DNA of 63,097 nt, counting the filler, from Babesia bigemina (Eukaryota), in assembly GCF_000981445.1 (NCBI RefSeq). It is 17 parts of 17 records of this genome, joined end to end, with 100 filler letters (N's around TTAATTAATTAA, not from the genome) between each part and the next. Parts side by side here need not be neighbours in the genome. Positions count along the whole stretch, not along the records: positions 46,078 to 48,175 come from NW_012237086.1; positions 48,276 to 51,167 come from NW_012237087.1; positions 51,268 to 54,867 come from NW_012237088.1; positions 54,968 to 57,219 come from NW_012237090.1; positions 57,320 to 60,986 come from NW_012237091.1; 12 more parts are not named here. One strand, written 5' to 3'. Position 1 is the first letter of the stretch; every line of letters starts with the position of its first letter. Shown here piece by piece: positions 46,078 through 57,773 of this stretch. Made by a program: the position numbers and the translations under genes. The notes under the pieces were generated by a model. It was not told where the DNA came from, did no database searches, and saw only the letters and a list, made by a program, of their open reading frames with translations.

Positions 46078-48175
46078 TCTGGGATTCATGGAACAGAGAT
46101 TGTCGGAGCCCCACGAGGCCACGTCTGGAATGTCGTCGTGAGCCCGGCCTCATCCTGAGGTGCGACCAGGAAGGTCGGTGATACCCCTTCCAGACAAAGC
46201 AGGGGAGTCGACCCTCCTGTCGAGATCAGGAGGGTAGAAGGGGCTCAGAGGAAGTGGTGCCGGAAAACCTCGGTGTTCCTCTCCAGGGAGACCGGGATGC
46301 CGGGGAACTTTGTGGGGGCGCCTCAAGGGTGCCAAGTGCCCTTTCGACCTCCAATTCCTAACGTGGGACTTCTCCTGAGGCGCTGTAGCGGGAAAGGGCT
46401 TCATCTTGCGATGACGGGGGAACCACGTGGTTTTTCTCGAGTTGCGGCGGGATTCTCGAGTTACGACGGGGAATTCAGGATGCCTCTTGTGTTGGCCCAG
46501 GGAAGTCCAATCTTCCATTCGAGTTGCGAAGGAAAGCTGGGGATTGCTCTCGAGTGACTGCAGGGCCGATAGACCTCATCTAGGCTTGTGTCCAGAAGCC
46601 GAGGTTCCTCTCCAGGGGCGACCGGGATCTCGGGGTGGCATTCCAGACGCACCCGGGGAGACAGGCATTCATCTCGAGTGGAAGCAAAGAACCCCGCTCT
46701 GCTCTCGAATCGCGACGGGTATCTCTTGGAGCTCACTGGGTGGACTCAAGGGAGTCAAGCCTCCTGAGGCGTTTGGAGAGAGGTCGCGAGATTGGTCGCT
46801 AGGCCATGCAGGAGACGAAGGCCCTCATCTCTCGATGACGGGGGAATCTCGGGGTTGTTCTCGAGCGGCGGCCCCAGTGTGCGGTTTCTCACGAGGTACG
46901 ACGGCGAGGTCAGTGAGCCTCTCGTGGGGCGCCAGGGAAGTCGGGTCTCCATGCGAGTGGCGAGGGGGAGCGCGTCATTGCTCCCGAGCCATGGTAGGGG
47001 AATCTGGCCTCGAGACGTGTTGAAGAAGGTCTCTCGAGGTCTTTCCCGGGTTGAGGCAGGAAACCCTGGGTTCCCTCGACTTGTGCAGGTGACCTCAGGG
47101 GGCTTCTCATGGTGGCTCTGAGAAGCCAGGGAAACTGGAGGTGGGAGGGGCCTCTCGGGACTCCACTGGGTTTGGTGCATTGGAAGAGGGCCTCATCTCC
47201 AGTTGAGGCAGGAACCGCAGGGTACCTCTGATTTCAGACTCCGATCGCAGGGTCCCTGCAGACTGGGGACAGGAGAGTCAGGCCTCGTCTTGGGTTGAGG
47301 CATGGAACTCCGCTTGCCTCTCGAGATGTCCCCGGGGAGAGAGGCCGCTTGTCGAGCTGTATTTGGAACCTGGGGTTTTTTCCGAACGATGCACGGAAAA
47401 ACTGCCCCTTCGTGTTGACTTCATTCACAGGGTGGAGTTCGGAGAGGTGTCCGGGCATCGGGTTCTTATCAAGAGGGGACCGGGAAATCGGGGTCCTACG
47501 GAATGTGGAACCACCCACGAGGCCACGTCTGGAATGTCTTCGTGAGACCGGCCTCATCCTGAGGTGCGACCGGAAGGTCGGGAACCCCTTCCAGACAAAG
47601 CAGGGGAGTCGACCCTCCTGTCCAGATCAGGAGGGGAGAAAGGGCTCAGAGGAGGGGGTGCCGGAAAACCTCAGTGTTCCTCTCGAGGGAGACCGGGATT
47701 TCGGGGAACTTTGTGGGTCGCATCAAGGGTGCCAAGTGCCCTTTCGACCTCCAATTCCTAACGTGGGACTTTTGAGACGCTGTAGCGGGAAAGGGCTTCA
47801 TCTTGCGATGACGGGGGAACCACGTGGTTTTTCTCGAGTTGCGGCGGGATTCTCGAGTTACGACGGGGAATTCAGGATGCCTCTTGTGTTGGCCCAGGGA
47901 AGTCCAATCTTCCATTCGAGTTGCGAAGGAAAGCTGGGGATTGCTCTCGAGTGACTGCAGGGCCAATAGACCTCATCTAGGCTTGTGTCCAGAAGCCAAT
48001 GTTCCTCTCCAGGGGCGACAGGGATCTCGGGGTTGCATTCCAGACGCACCCGGGGAGACAGGCATTCATCTCGAGTGGAAGCAAAGAACCCCGCTCTGCT
48101 CTCGAGTCGCGACGGGTATCTCTTGGGGCTCACTGGGTGGACTAAAGGGAGTCAAGCCTCCTGAGGCGTTTGGAG
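46078..48175. repeat. Bovine satellite I (1.715-type, ~1.4-kb unit); host DNA
   Basis: GC-rich. ccacgaggccacgtctggaatgtc recurs at 46111 and 47515 (period 1404). Confidence 0.85.
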
Positions 48176-48289
48176 NNNNNNNNNNNNNNNNNNNNNNNNN
48201 NNNNNNNNNNNNNNNNNNNTTAATTAATTAANNNNNNNNNNNNNNNNNNNNNNNNNNNNNNNNNNNNNNNNNNNNAAGGAGACGACCTT

Positions 48290-49037
48290 GTCCTTCAGCT
48301 ATTCTTTGAACTACATTTAATTGAATGTACCTTTCCCTCTCTCCCTTGTTTTCCTCTTCTCTTTGTTCTTCCACTATTTGTAAAGCCTGCTCAAATAACC
48401 ACTTTGTCCTCTTGCTTTTCTTTTTTTTGAAATGGTTTTGTTTGCTGCCTCCTGTACAATATTACAGACCTCAGTCCATAGTTCTTCAGACACACTGTTG
48501 TCCAGATCTAGTCCCTTGAATCTATTGATTACCTCTACTGTGAATTCATGTGGGATTTGATTTAAGTCATACATGGCTGGCCTAGTGTTTTTCCTGGTTT
48601 TCTTTAGTTGAAGCCAGAGTTTTGCTATAAGAAGCTGACAATCTGAGCTATAGTCAGTTCAAGGTCTTGTTTTTGCTCACTGTATAGAGCTTCTCCATCT
48701 TCAGCTGCAAAGAATATAATCAATCTGATTTTGGCATTGACTATTTAGTGATATCCATATGTAGAGTCATCTCTTGTGTTCTTGGACAAGAGTGTTTGCT
48801 ATGACCAGTGCATTTTCTTGGCAGAATTCAGTTACCCTTTCCCATGCTTCATCTTGTTCACCAAGTCCAAACTTGCTTGTTATTCCAGGTATATATTGAC
48901 TTCCTACTTTTGAATTCCAATCCCTGATGATGAATAGAGCATCTTTTTTAGATGTTAGTTCTAGGATTTCTTCTAGGTCTTCATAGAACTGATCAACTTC
49001 AGCTTCTTTGTTATCAGTGGTAGGGGCATAGACTTGG
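48290..49037 (-). mobile_element. Degenerate BovB (RTE LINE) fragment; host DNA
   Basis: YDLNQIP.EFTVEV.NRFKGLDL..SEELWTEV.NIVQEA is BovB ORF-like and interrupted by stops. Confidence 0.75.
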
Positions 49038-50469
49038 ATTCAGTTCAGTTCAGTTGCTCAGTCGTGTCCGACTCTTTGTGACCCCATGAATTGCAGCACG
49101 CCAGGCCTCCCTGTCCATCATCAACTCCCGAAATTTACTCAAACTCACGTCCATCGAGTCAGTGATGCCATCCAGCCATCTCATCCTCTGTCATTCCCTT
49201 CTCCTCCTGCCCCAAATCCCTCCCAACATCAGGGTTTTTTCCAATGAGTCAACACTTCACATGAGGTGGCCAAAGTACTGGAGCTTCAGCTTCAGCATCA
49301 GTCCTTCCAATGAACAACCAGGTCTGATCTCCTTTAGTATGGACTGGTTGGATCTCCTTGCAGTCCAAGGGACTCTCAAGAGTCTTCTCCAGCACCACAG
49401 TTCAAAAGCATCAATTCTTCGGTGCTCAGCTTTCTTTATAGTCCAACTCTCACATCCATACATGACCACTGGAAAAACCATAGCCTTGACTAGACGGACC
49501 TTTGTTGGCAAAGTAATGTCTCTGCTTTTTAATATGCTATCTAGGTTGGTCATAACTTTCCTTCCAAGGAGTAAGCGTCTTTTAATTTCATGGCTGCAGT
49601 CACCATCTGCAGTGATTTTGGAGCCCCCAAAAATAAAGTCTGACACTGTTTCCACTGTTTCCCCATCTATTTGCCATGAAGTGATGGGACCAGATGCCAT
49701 GATCTTAGTTTTCTGAATGTTGAGCTTTAAGCCAACTTTTTCACTCTCCTCTTTCACTTTCATCAAGAGGCTCTTTAGTTCCTCTTCACTTTCTGCCATA
49801 AGGGTGGTGTCATCTGCATATCTGAGGTTATTGATATTTCTCCCGGCAATCTTGATTCCAGCTTGTGCTTCATCCAGCCCAGCATTTCTCATGATGTACT
49901 CTGCATATAAGTTAAATAAGCAGGGTGACAATATACAGCCTTGACGTACTCCTTTTCCTATTTGGAACCAGTCTGTTGTTCCATGTCCAGTTCTAACTGT
50001 TGCTTCCTGACCTGCATACAGATTTCTCAAGAGGCAGGTCAGGTGGTCTGGTATTCCCATCTCTTTCAGAATTTTCCACAGTTTATTGTGATCCACACAG
50101 TCAAAGGCTTTGGCATAGTCAATAAAGCAGAAATAGATGTTTTTCTGGAACTCTCTTGCTTTTTCCATGATCCAGCGGATGTTGGCAATTTGATCTCTGG
50201 TTCCTCTGCCTTTTCTAAAACCAGCTTGAACATCTGGAAGTTCATGGTTCACGTATTGCTGAAGCCTGGCTTGGAGAATTTTGAGCATTACTTTACTAGC
50301 ATGTGAGATGAGTGCAATTGTGCGGTAGTTTGAGCATTCTTTGGCATTGCCTTTCTTTGGGATTGGAATGAAAACTGACCTTTTCCAGTCCTGTGGCCAC
50401 TGCTGAGTTTTCCAAATTTGCTGGCATATTGAGTGCAGCACTTTCACAGCATCATCTTTCAGGATTTGA
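49038..50469 (-). mobile_element. 5'-truncated BovB LINE with reverse transcriptase domain (49257-50447); host DNA
   Basis: NYRTIALISHASK, QAGFRKGRGT, GVRQGCILSP, LRYADD motifs. (AACTG)n 3' tail at ~49038. Confidence 0.95.
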
Positions 50470-51267
50470 CACGTAGTTTATTTTTGATAGGATAAAATTT
50501 CATTATTCAGGGTACTTAAAAGTAGTTCTCAAACACAGAAATAATATGTGCTCATAATAAACATTTAAAAAGTATTAGTATAATGTAAGAAAGTTTATGC
50601 ACATACAATTTTGAATCCATTACTCAAATATGAATGTTGTAATAGTATACATTTCTAAGCCAATTGATAAAAATGAATGAACTTAGAAAAAATATTTTCC
50701 CACTGTTTAGTTTATCTTTTTTGTTAAACTGGGAGGGAATATATGTATTTGTGAATTTACTTTGTAAAGAAACAAATGGGATAATGCTAGGCACTATTCT
50801 AGAAATGTTTATTACATTCAATAATTATTCAACACATTCTAAAATTTGTACATATATGTTTGTATAACATATTTGATATTAAATATGTTCTATAATTTAT
50901 TTAACCCTAATGGCTATTGATGGAGACTTAGTTGTTCAATTTTTAATATTTGAAACAGTTTAACACTAAACATCTTAACACAATTATGTTTGTTCAGATC
51001 ATAAAGTATATATTATAAGTGTGTATATGTATTTATATATATGTGATAAATTCTAAATGTGAAATTTCTGGGTCAGAAGTTATGTACATTTAAAATTTTT
51101 ATTCACATTGTCAAATGATAGCTAACAAGATTCATAATGACTTTCCTGATGAATCTGCCTGCCGATGNNNNNNNNNNNNNNNNNNNNNNNNNNNNNNNNN
51201 NNNNNNNNNNNTTAATTAATTAANNNNNNNNNNNNNNNNNNNNNNNNNNNNNNNNNNNNNNNNNNNN

Positions 51268-53467
51268 GCAGAGATTCGTGTGAAATCATCTGAAGGTTGA
51301 CGGTCATGCCATTATTGAGAGCAGCGTCGAGCTTATCAATTTCCTGCTTCACAAAAGACAGCGCCTTTGTAATCTCATTGCCTGGGGTGGTAGTAAGTTT
51401 ATCACTAATGTCATTAATTTTCCTAATAGCTTCCTCAACGTTCCCTATTTTAATCTGATTCTCACGATCTCCAATAAGCCAATCAAGATCGGAGGCGGCC
51501 TGACTAGCTCTTCCGACCAGTCGGTGTAGTATCGCTTGTACAGCAGCTTGAAGAACGTGTTCGTGAATGGGCGGTTTATTATTTAATTTTGATTTGACTT
51601 TCTTCGTAATCTCTCCAGCAATGGTGTCTGACAGTGTATACATCGCCGTACTAGTTGTCACACCGCCTACTTGCTTCTTATATATTGCCTCAAGTCCGCT
51701 TACAAAAATACGTATACCTTCCTCGACGGCTGTCATATGATGTTGAATTTTGCCTTTGCGTTCATCATCTTCTGGATCGATCATACGTTTCACTAATTTG
51801 CCGGCGTTGTCAATGTCGGTACCAAGCTGACTTTTAATTACGTCCGCAATATTTGTGATCTTCGCACCCTCAATTTCACCACTGTCTGTTTTTATAAATG
51901 TAGTATCAAAATAATCGTTATATCCACTTTCTCCCTTAACCGTCTGAACATAGTGCTTAATTTTGAGCTTAACATATTCATCCTCCTTCAAAATGTTTTC
52001 AATCCATCCCTTAACCCTTTTTCCAAACTCTTCAGTTCCACTAAACGTCTCGGCCCACTTTTTAATGTTATCCGCTATTTGCTGCATCGTTCCAATAGGT
52101 TTCCGTGTGGGTTTACCCAGAGCGCTACCCGCGACTGGATTTGCATCTGCATTTGTCAAACCATCGACAAGATCTATAATCTCACGTTTAAGTTCACTCA
52201 TAAATTCAAACATACCTGTTTTGGCACCATTGTTATCATTACCTATCTCCTTTTTTATTCTATCGAACGGCTCCTGCACATTCTTAACATGAACCTTTAT
52301 CGCATTTTTGATATCATCTCTCAATGATTTCAGATTACTCTTTACTTTAGTTGCAAACGATGCGACATTGTCTTTAACGATAGTGAACTGTGTCTGCAGG
52401 AAAGCGCTAGAATCATACTTGACATATTTCTCAATCTCCGTTTTAATGTCATATAAGTTTCCACTTATTTTAATCTTATATTCTTCGTCAAATTTGCCAA
52501 ACAACTGCTGCACTTCGTGATACGTCGTGTCAAGATAATATTTTAATGACGCGAAATGCTCATCCTTCTTTGCCCTTAGATTCTCAATTTCAACCACGAC
52601 CTTGCTAAACACAGTATGTAAGGTATCCTGTAACGCATCACAACTTACATTTATGGCACTGCCAACATTCGTCTTCTGTGTCTCCAAGTCGCCATCCACT
52701 ACCTTCACCTGCCTCTTGAAATCCTCCTTGCCAGCGCTCTCCTTCAACAGCCACAATGCGTTTCTAACATCTTTCATTTCACGTTTAATTTGTTCTCGCA
52801 ACGACTTATTGAGCACATTGACTTTATCTTTTTCTATAGTATTCAACTGAGTCTCAATCTCTCCGACCACCGTGGTCCAGTCCTCTAATTGCTTCTGAAG
52901 TTTTTCGTGACCTTTACCTGCAACACGTTTCATGAATTCATCGCCAATTTTATTGTCTTTTAACTCACTTAATTCGCTTGTTACTGCTCCAGTTTTCCTG
53001 CCAAGATACATCTCATACCTGTCAAGCCACTGGGACACCTGCGTAATCTGAGAGGAAAATACACTAGAGCCCTTACCTATCGAATTTTGTAAATTGCTTA
53101 ATATATCATTTAATTCTTTATTAGTATCATAAGTTGTCACTTCATTTTCGTTTTTCACCGCACCAAGCACACCACTCAAAAATCCCATCACCCCGTCACA
53201 CAACCTATCCAGGTCAGAGTACACTATCCCAGAGCCGTCGTAACCTTTGGAGTCTTTGTCGAAGCCGAGAAACTTTTCGAGGCCAGTGCAGAGGTTAGTA
53301 AGGATGTTAGCAGGGTTGTTATTTGAGGTAATTTTAAGGTTTAAAATTTTGTCAAATTTCTTGTCAAGCTCCCTAGGCGGCACATGGTCAGGGCAGTGGC
53401 AAGAGGTGGAAGAAGGGAAGCGAAGGGTGACAAGGCACAAGATATTGGTATGGTTTATAGAGGTCAT
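51268..53467 (-). CDS. ves1: VESA1-like antigen N-terminal region with intact leader, 3'-partial
   Basis: MTSINHTNILCLVT leader in frame with YSDLDRLCDGVMGFLSGVL. Confidence 0.85.
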
Positions 53468-53491
53468 AGCGGTATTATGGCGAGGTAATTT

Positions 53492-54690
53492 GAGCGATGT
53501 AGAGTGGGTAAAGGAGCGATGTGGAGTGGGTTAAGGGGCGATGTAGGGTGTGTTAGGGAGCGGTGTAGAGTGGGTTAAGGGGCGATGTGGAGTGGGTAAA
53601 GGAGCGATGTGGAGTGGACAAAGGGGCGATGTAGAGTGGGTAAAGGGGCGATGTAGAGTGGGTTAAGGGGCGATGTAGAGTGGGTAAAGGAGCGATGTAG
53701 AGTGGGTTAAGGAGCGATGTAGAGTGGGTTAAGGGGCGATGTAGAGTGGATAAGGGAGCGATGTAGAGTGGGTTAAGGGGCGATGTAGAGTGGGTTAGGG
53801 AGCGGTGTAGAGTGGGTTAAGGGGCGATGTAGAGTGGGTTAAGGGGCGATGTAGAGTGGGTTAAGGGGCGATGTAGAGTGGGTAAGGGGCGATGTAGAGT
53901 GGATTAGGGAGCGATGTAGAGTGGGTAAAGGGGCGATGTAGAGTGGGTTAAGGGGCGATGTAGAGTGGATAAAGGAGCGATGTAGAGTGGATAAAGGAGC
54001 GATGTAGAGTGGGTTAAGGAGCGATGTAGAGTGGATAAAGGAGCGATGTAGAGTGGATAAAGGGGCGATGTAGAGTGGATAAAGGGGCGATGTAGAGTGG
54101 GTTAGGGAGCGATGTAGAGTGGATAAAGGGGCGATGTAGAGTGGATAAGGGGCGATGTAGAGTGGATAAAGGGGCGATGTAGAGTGGGTAAAGGGGCGAT
54201 GTGGAGTGGATAAGGGGCGATGTAGAGTGGGTTAGGGAGCGATGTAGAGTGGGTTAAGGGGCGATGTAGAGTGGGTTAGGGAGCGATGTAGAGTGGATAA
54301 AGGGGCGATTAGAGGAGGTTAAGGAGCGATGTAGAGTGGATTAGGGAGCGATGTGGAGTGGATTAGGGAGCGATGTAGAGTGGATTAGGGAGCGATTAGA
54401 GGAGGTTAAGGAGCGATGTAGAGTGGATTAGGGAGCGATGTGGAGTGGATTAGGGAGCGATGTAGAGTGGATAAAGGAGCGATGTGGAGTGGGTAATAAT
54501 CACCACTTTGGTCACCATGTCATCGCTGCCGTGACCATGTCATCGCTGCCGTGACCATATCATCGCTGCCGTGACCATGTCATCGCTGCCGTGTCCATGT
54601 CATCGCTGCTGTAACCATGTCATCGCTGCCGTGACCTTAACTTGGTCATGGCATTGGTCAACACTTTGGTCAGCACGTTGGTCACCACAT
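53492..54690 (-). repeat. Repeat cassette: 22-bp (53492-54494), 20-bp (54511-54635), 12-bp (54642-54690)
   Basis: Same units and order. Confidence 0.95.
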
Positions 54691-54813
54691 TAGTTAACTA
54701 TAACACAATCACACACAACAATTAATGAGTAAATCAACACAGTAAACAACAATTCATAAGTTAGGTGAGTAGGTGATGCTAGGTGAGTGTAGATAGTAAA
54801 CACGTGAGTACGA

Positions 54814-54867
54814 TTATGGTTGCAGGTAAAACACCCTGCCCAGTTTGTTAACACGCGCAGCAGCGAG
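54814..54867 (-). CDS. ves1: Last codons of a type-B ves1 (LAAARVNKLGRVFYLQP*)
   Basis: Manual translation. Followed by the conserved type-B 3' flank. Confidence 0.85.
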   Translation of the reverse strand, partial: LAAARVNKLGRVFYLQP

Positions 54868-54967
54868 NNNNNNNNNNNNNNNNNNNNNNNNNNNNNNNNN
54901 NNNNNNNNNNNTTAATTAATTAANNNNNNNNNNNNNNNNNNNNNNNNNNNNNNNNNNNNNNNNNNNN

Positions 54968-55562
54968 CCTAAAACCCTAAAAACCCTAAAAGCCTAAACC
55001 CTAAAACCCTAAAACCCTAAACCTAAAACCCTAAACCCTAAACCCTAAAACCTAAAACCCGTAAACCCTAGAAACCCTAAAACCCTAAACCCTAAAAACC
55101 CTAAAACCCTAAAAACCCTAAAAAACCCTAAAACCCTAAACCCTAAAAACCCTAAAACCCTAAACCCTAAACCCTAAAAACCCTAGAACCCTAAACCCTA
55201 AAACCCTAAACCCTAAACCCTAAACCCTAAACCCTAAAAACCCTAAAACCCTAAAACCCTAAAACCCTAAAACCTAAAAACCCTAAAAACCCTAAAAACC
55301 CTAAACCCTAAACCCTAAAACCCTAAACCCCTAAACCCTAAAAACCTAAACCCTAAAACCTAAAACCCTAAAACCCTAAAACCCTAAAAACCCTAAAACC
55401 CTAAAAAAACCCTAAAACCTAAAAACCTAAACCCTAAAACCCTAAAACCCTAAAACCCTAAAACCCTAAACCCTAAACCCTAAACCCTAAACCCTTAAAC
55501 CCTAAAACCCTAAAAACCTAAAACCCTAAAAACCTAAGAACCTAAGAAACCTAAAAACCTAA
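54968..55562 (+). repeat. Telomeric repeat tract, CC(C)T followed by mostly 3-5 A
   Basis: ccctaaa, ccctaaaa and ccctaaaaa units, degenerating near the inner junction. Confidence 0.95.
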
Positions 55563-55602
55563 GCCCAGTGACCTGGCCTCCTAACCCTAGAATTCTAGGA
55601 CC

Positions 55603-57186
55603 TCAGCTACTCATCTTCCTGTTTCTGGCCTTAGATAAGCCTTGATTCTAATTTGCCTTGTTATTGCTACTCATCTTATCTTATTCAGCTACTCATCTTA
55701 TCTTATTCAGCTACTCATCTTATCTTATTCAGCTACTCATCTTATCTTATTCAGCTACTCATCTTATCTTATTCAGCTACTCATCTTATCTTATTCAGCT
55801 ACTCATCTTATCTTATTCAGCTACTCATCTTATCTTATTCAGCTACTCATCTTATCTTATTCAGCTACTCATCTTATCTTATTCAGCTACTCATCTTATC
55901 TTATTCAGCTACTCATCTTATCTTATTCAGCTACTCATCTTCCTGTTTCTGGCCTTAGATAAGCCTTGATTCTAATTTGCCTTGTTATTGCTACTCATCT
56001 TATTCAGCTACTCATCTTATCTTATTCAGCTACTCATCTTATTCAGCTACTCATCTTATCTTATTCAGCTACTCATCTTATCTTATTCAGCTACTCATCT
56101 TCCTGTTTCTGGCCTTAGATAAGCCTTGATTCTAATTTGCCTTGTTATTGCTACTCATCTTATCTTATTCAGCTACTCATCTTATCTTATTCAGCTACTC
56201 ATCTTATCTTATTCAGCTACTCATCTTATCTTATTCAGCTACTCATCTTATCTTATTCAGCTACTCATCTTCCTGTTTCTGGCCTTAGATAAGCCTTGAT
56301 TCTAATTTGCCTTGTTATTGCTACTCATCTTATTCAGCTACTCATCTTATCTTATTCAGCTACTCATCTTATCTTATTCAGCTACTCATCTTCCTGTTTC
56401 TGGCCTTAGATAAGCCTTGATTCTAATTTGCCTTGTTATTGCTACTCATCTTATCTTATTCAGCTACTCATCTTATCTTATTCAGCTACTCATCTTATCT
56501 TATTCAGCTACTCATCTTCCTGTTTCTGGCCTTAGATAAGCCTTGATTCTAATTTGCCTTGTTATTGCTACTCATCTTATCTTATTCAGCTACTCATCTT
56601 ATCTTATTCAGCTACTCATCTTATCTTATTCAGCTACTCATCTTATCTTATTCAGCTACTCATCTTATCTTATTCAGCTACTCATCTTATCTTATTCAGC
56701 TACTCATCTTATCTTATTCAGCTACTCATCTTATCTTATTCAGCTACTCATCTTATCTTATTCAGCTACTCATCTTCCTGTTTCTGGCCTTAGATAAGCC
56801 TTGATTCTAATTTGCCTTGTTATTGCTACTCATCTTATCTTATTCAGCTACTCATCTTATCTTATTCAGCTACTCATCTTATCTTATTCAGCTACTCATC
56901 TTATCTTATTCAGCTACTCATCTTATCTTATTCAGCTACTCATCTTATCTTATTCAGCTACTCATCTTATCTTATTCAGCTACTCATCTTATCTTATTCA
57001 GCTACTCATCTTATTTTATTCAGCTACTCATCTTCCTGTTTCTGGCCTTAGATAAGCCTTGATTCTAATTTGACTTGTTATTGCTACTCATCTTATCTTA
57101 TTCAGCTACTCATCTTATCTTATTCAGCTACTCATCTTCCTGTTTCTGGCCTTAGATAAGCCTTGATCTATTTGCCTTGTTATTGT
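55603..57186 (+). repeat. Subtelomeric higher-order satellite: 22-bp CAGCTACTCATCTTATCTTATT runs separated by a constant ~50-bp linker
   Basis: Linker cctgtttctggccttagataagccttgattctaatttgccttgttattg occurs 9 times. Confidence 0.95.
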
Positions 57187-57319
57187 AATCTACTAAGCAC
57201 TACAATCTCTATGTGCCGCNNNNNNNNNNNNNNNNNNNNNNNNNNNNNNNNNNNNNNNNNNNNTTAATTAATTAANNNNNNNNNNNNNNNNNNNNNNNNN
57301 NNNNNNNNNNNNNNNNNNN

Positions 57320-57646
57320 AAAAATTGTCTATCCGGTGATCAAAGAAGATACTGCCGTAACCTGTACGCGCAATTACAAAACGTACTAAAATCGCAATAT
57401 TTCACCAAATTATTTGAGGAATGTGACAACTTCATTTGGACTATCAGACAACCCTTCTCCTACCTTGTCCTTACCCTCTGGCTCCTCTCTTTCCTGTACC
57501 TCATCCACATCATGGTCATCCGCCTAGACCTCCTCCACATCAAATCGCATCTACATAGTCCCTCGAGTCATAGGATTGCTGCTCAATCACTACTCGCCGC
57601 TGCACGTGTTAACAAGCTTAACAGAGTGTTTTACCTGCAGCCATAA
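57320..57646 (+). CDS. ves1: ves1 C-terminal fragment, type-B tail; near-identical to 27791-28116 (reverse complement)
   Basis: SGDQRRYCRNLYAQLQNVLKSQYF...NKLNRVFYLQP*. Confidence 0.88.
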   Translation, partial: KNCLSGDQRRYCRNLYAQLQNVLKSQYFTKLFEECDNFIWTIRQPFSYLVLTLWLLSFLYLIHIMVIRLDLLHIKSHLHSPSSHRIAAQSLLAAARVNKLNRVFYLQP

Positions 57647-57773
57647 TCGTACTCACGTGTTTACTACCTACACTCACCTAGCATATCACCTACTCACCTA
57701 ACTCATGAATTGTACTTTAATCTGTTGCATCACTCACTAATCGTTGTATGTGATTGTGTAGTAGTTAACTAAA

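Noticed and set aside
46150..48231. Many overlapping ORFs in the GC-rich contig
   Set aside because: Open frames in GC-rich satellite DNA, repeating with the 1.4-kb unit.
49038..50469. BovB horizontal transfer into the parasite
   Set aside because: Flanked by older BovB and AT-rich non-coding DNA on an isolated contig. Host contamination is simpler.
55603..57186. CRISPR-like look of constant linker plus variable intervals
   Set aside because: Intervals are runs of one 22-mer, not unique spacers. Eukaryotic telomeric context and no cas genes.
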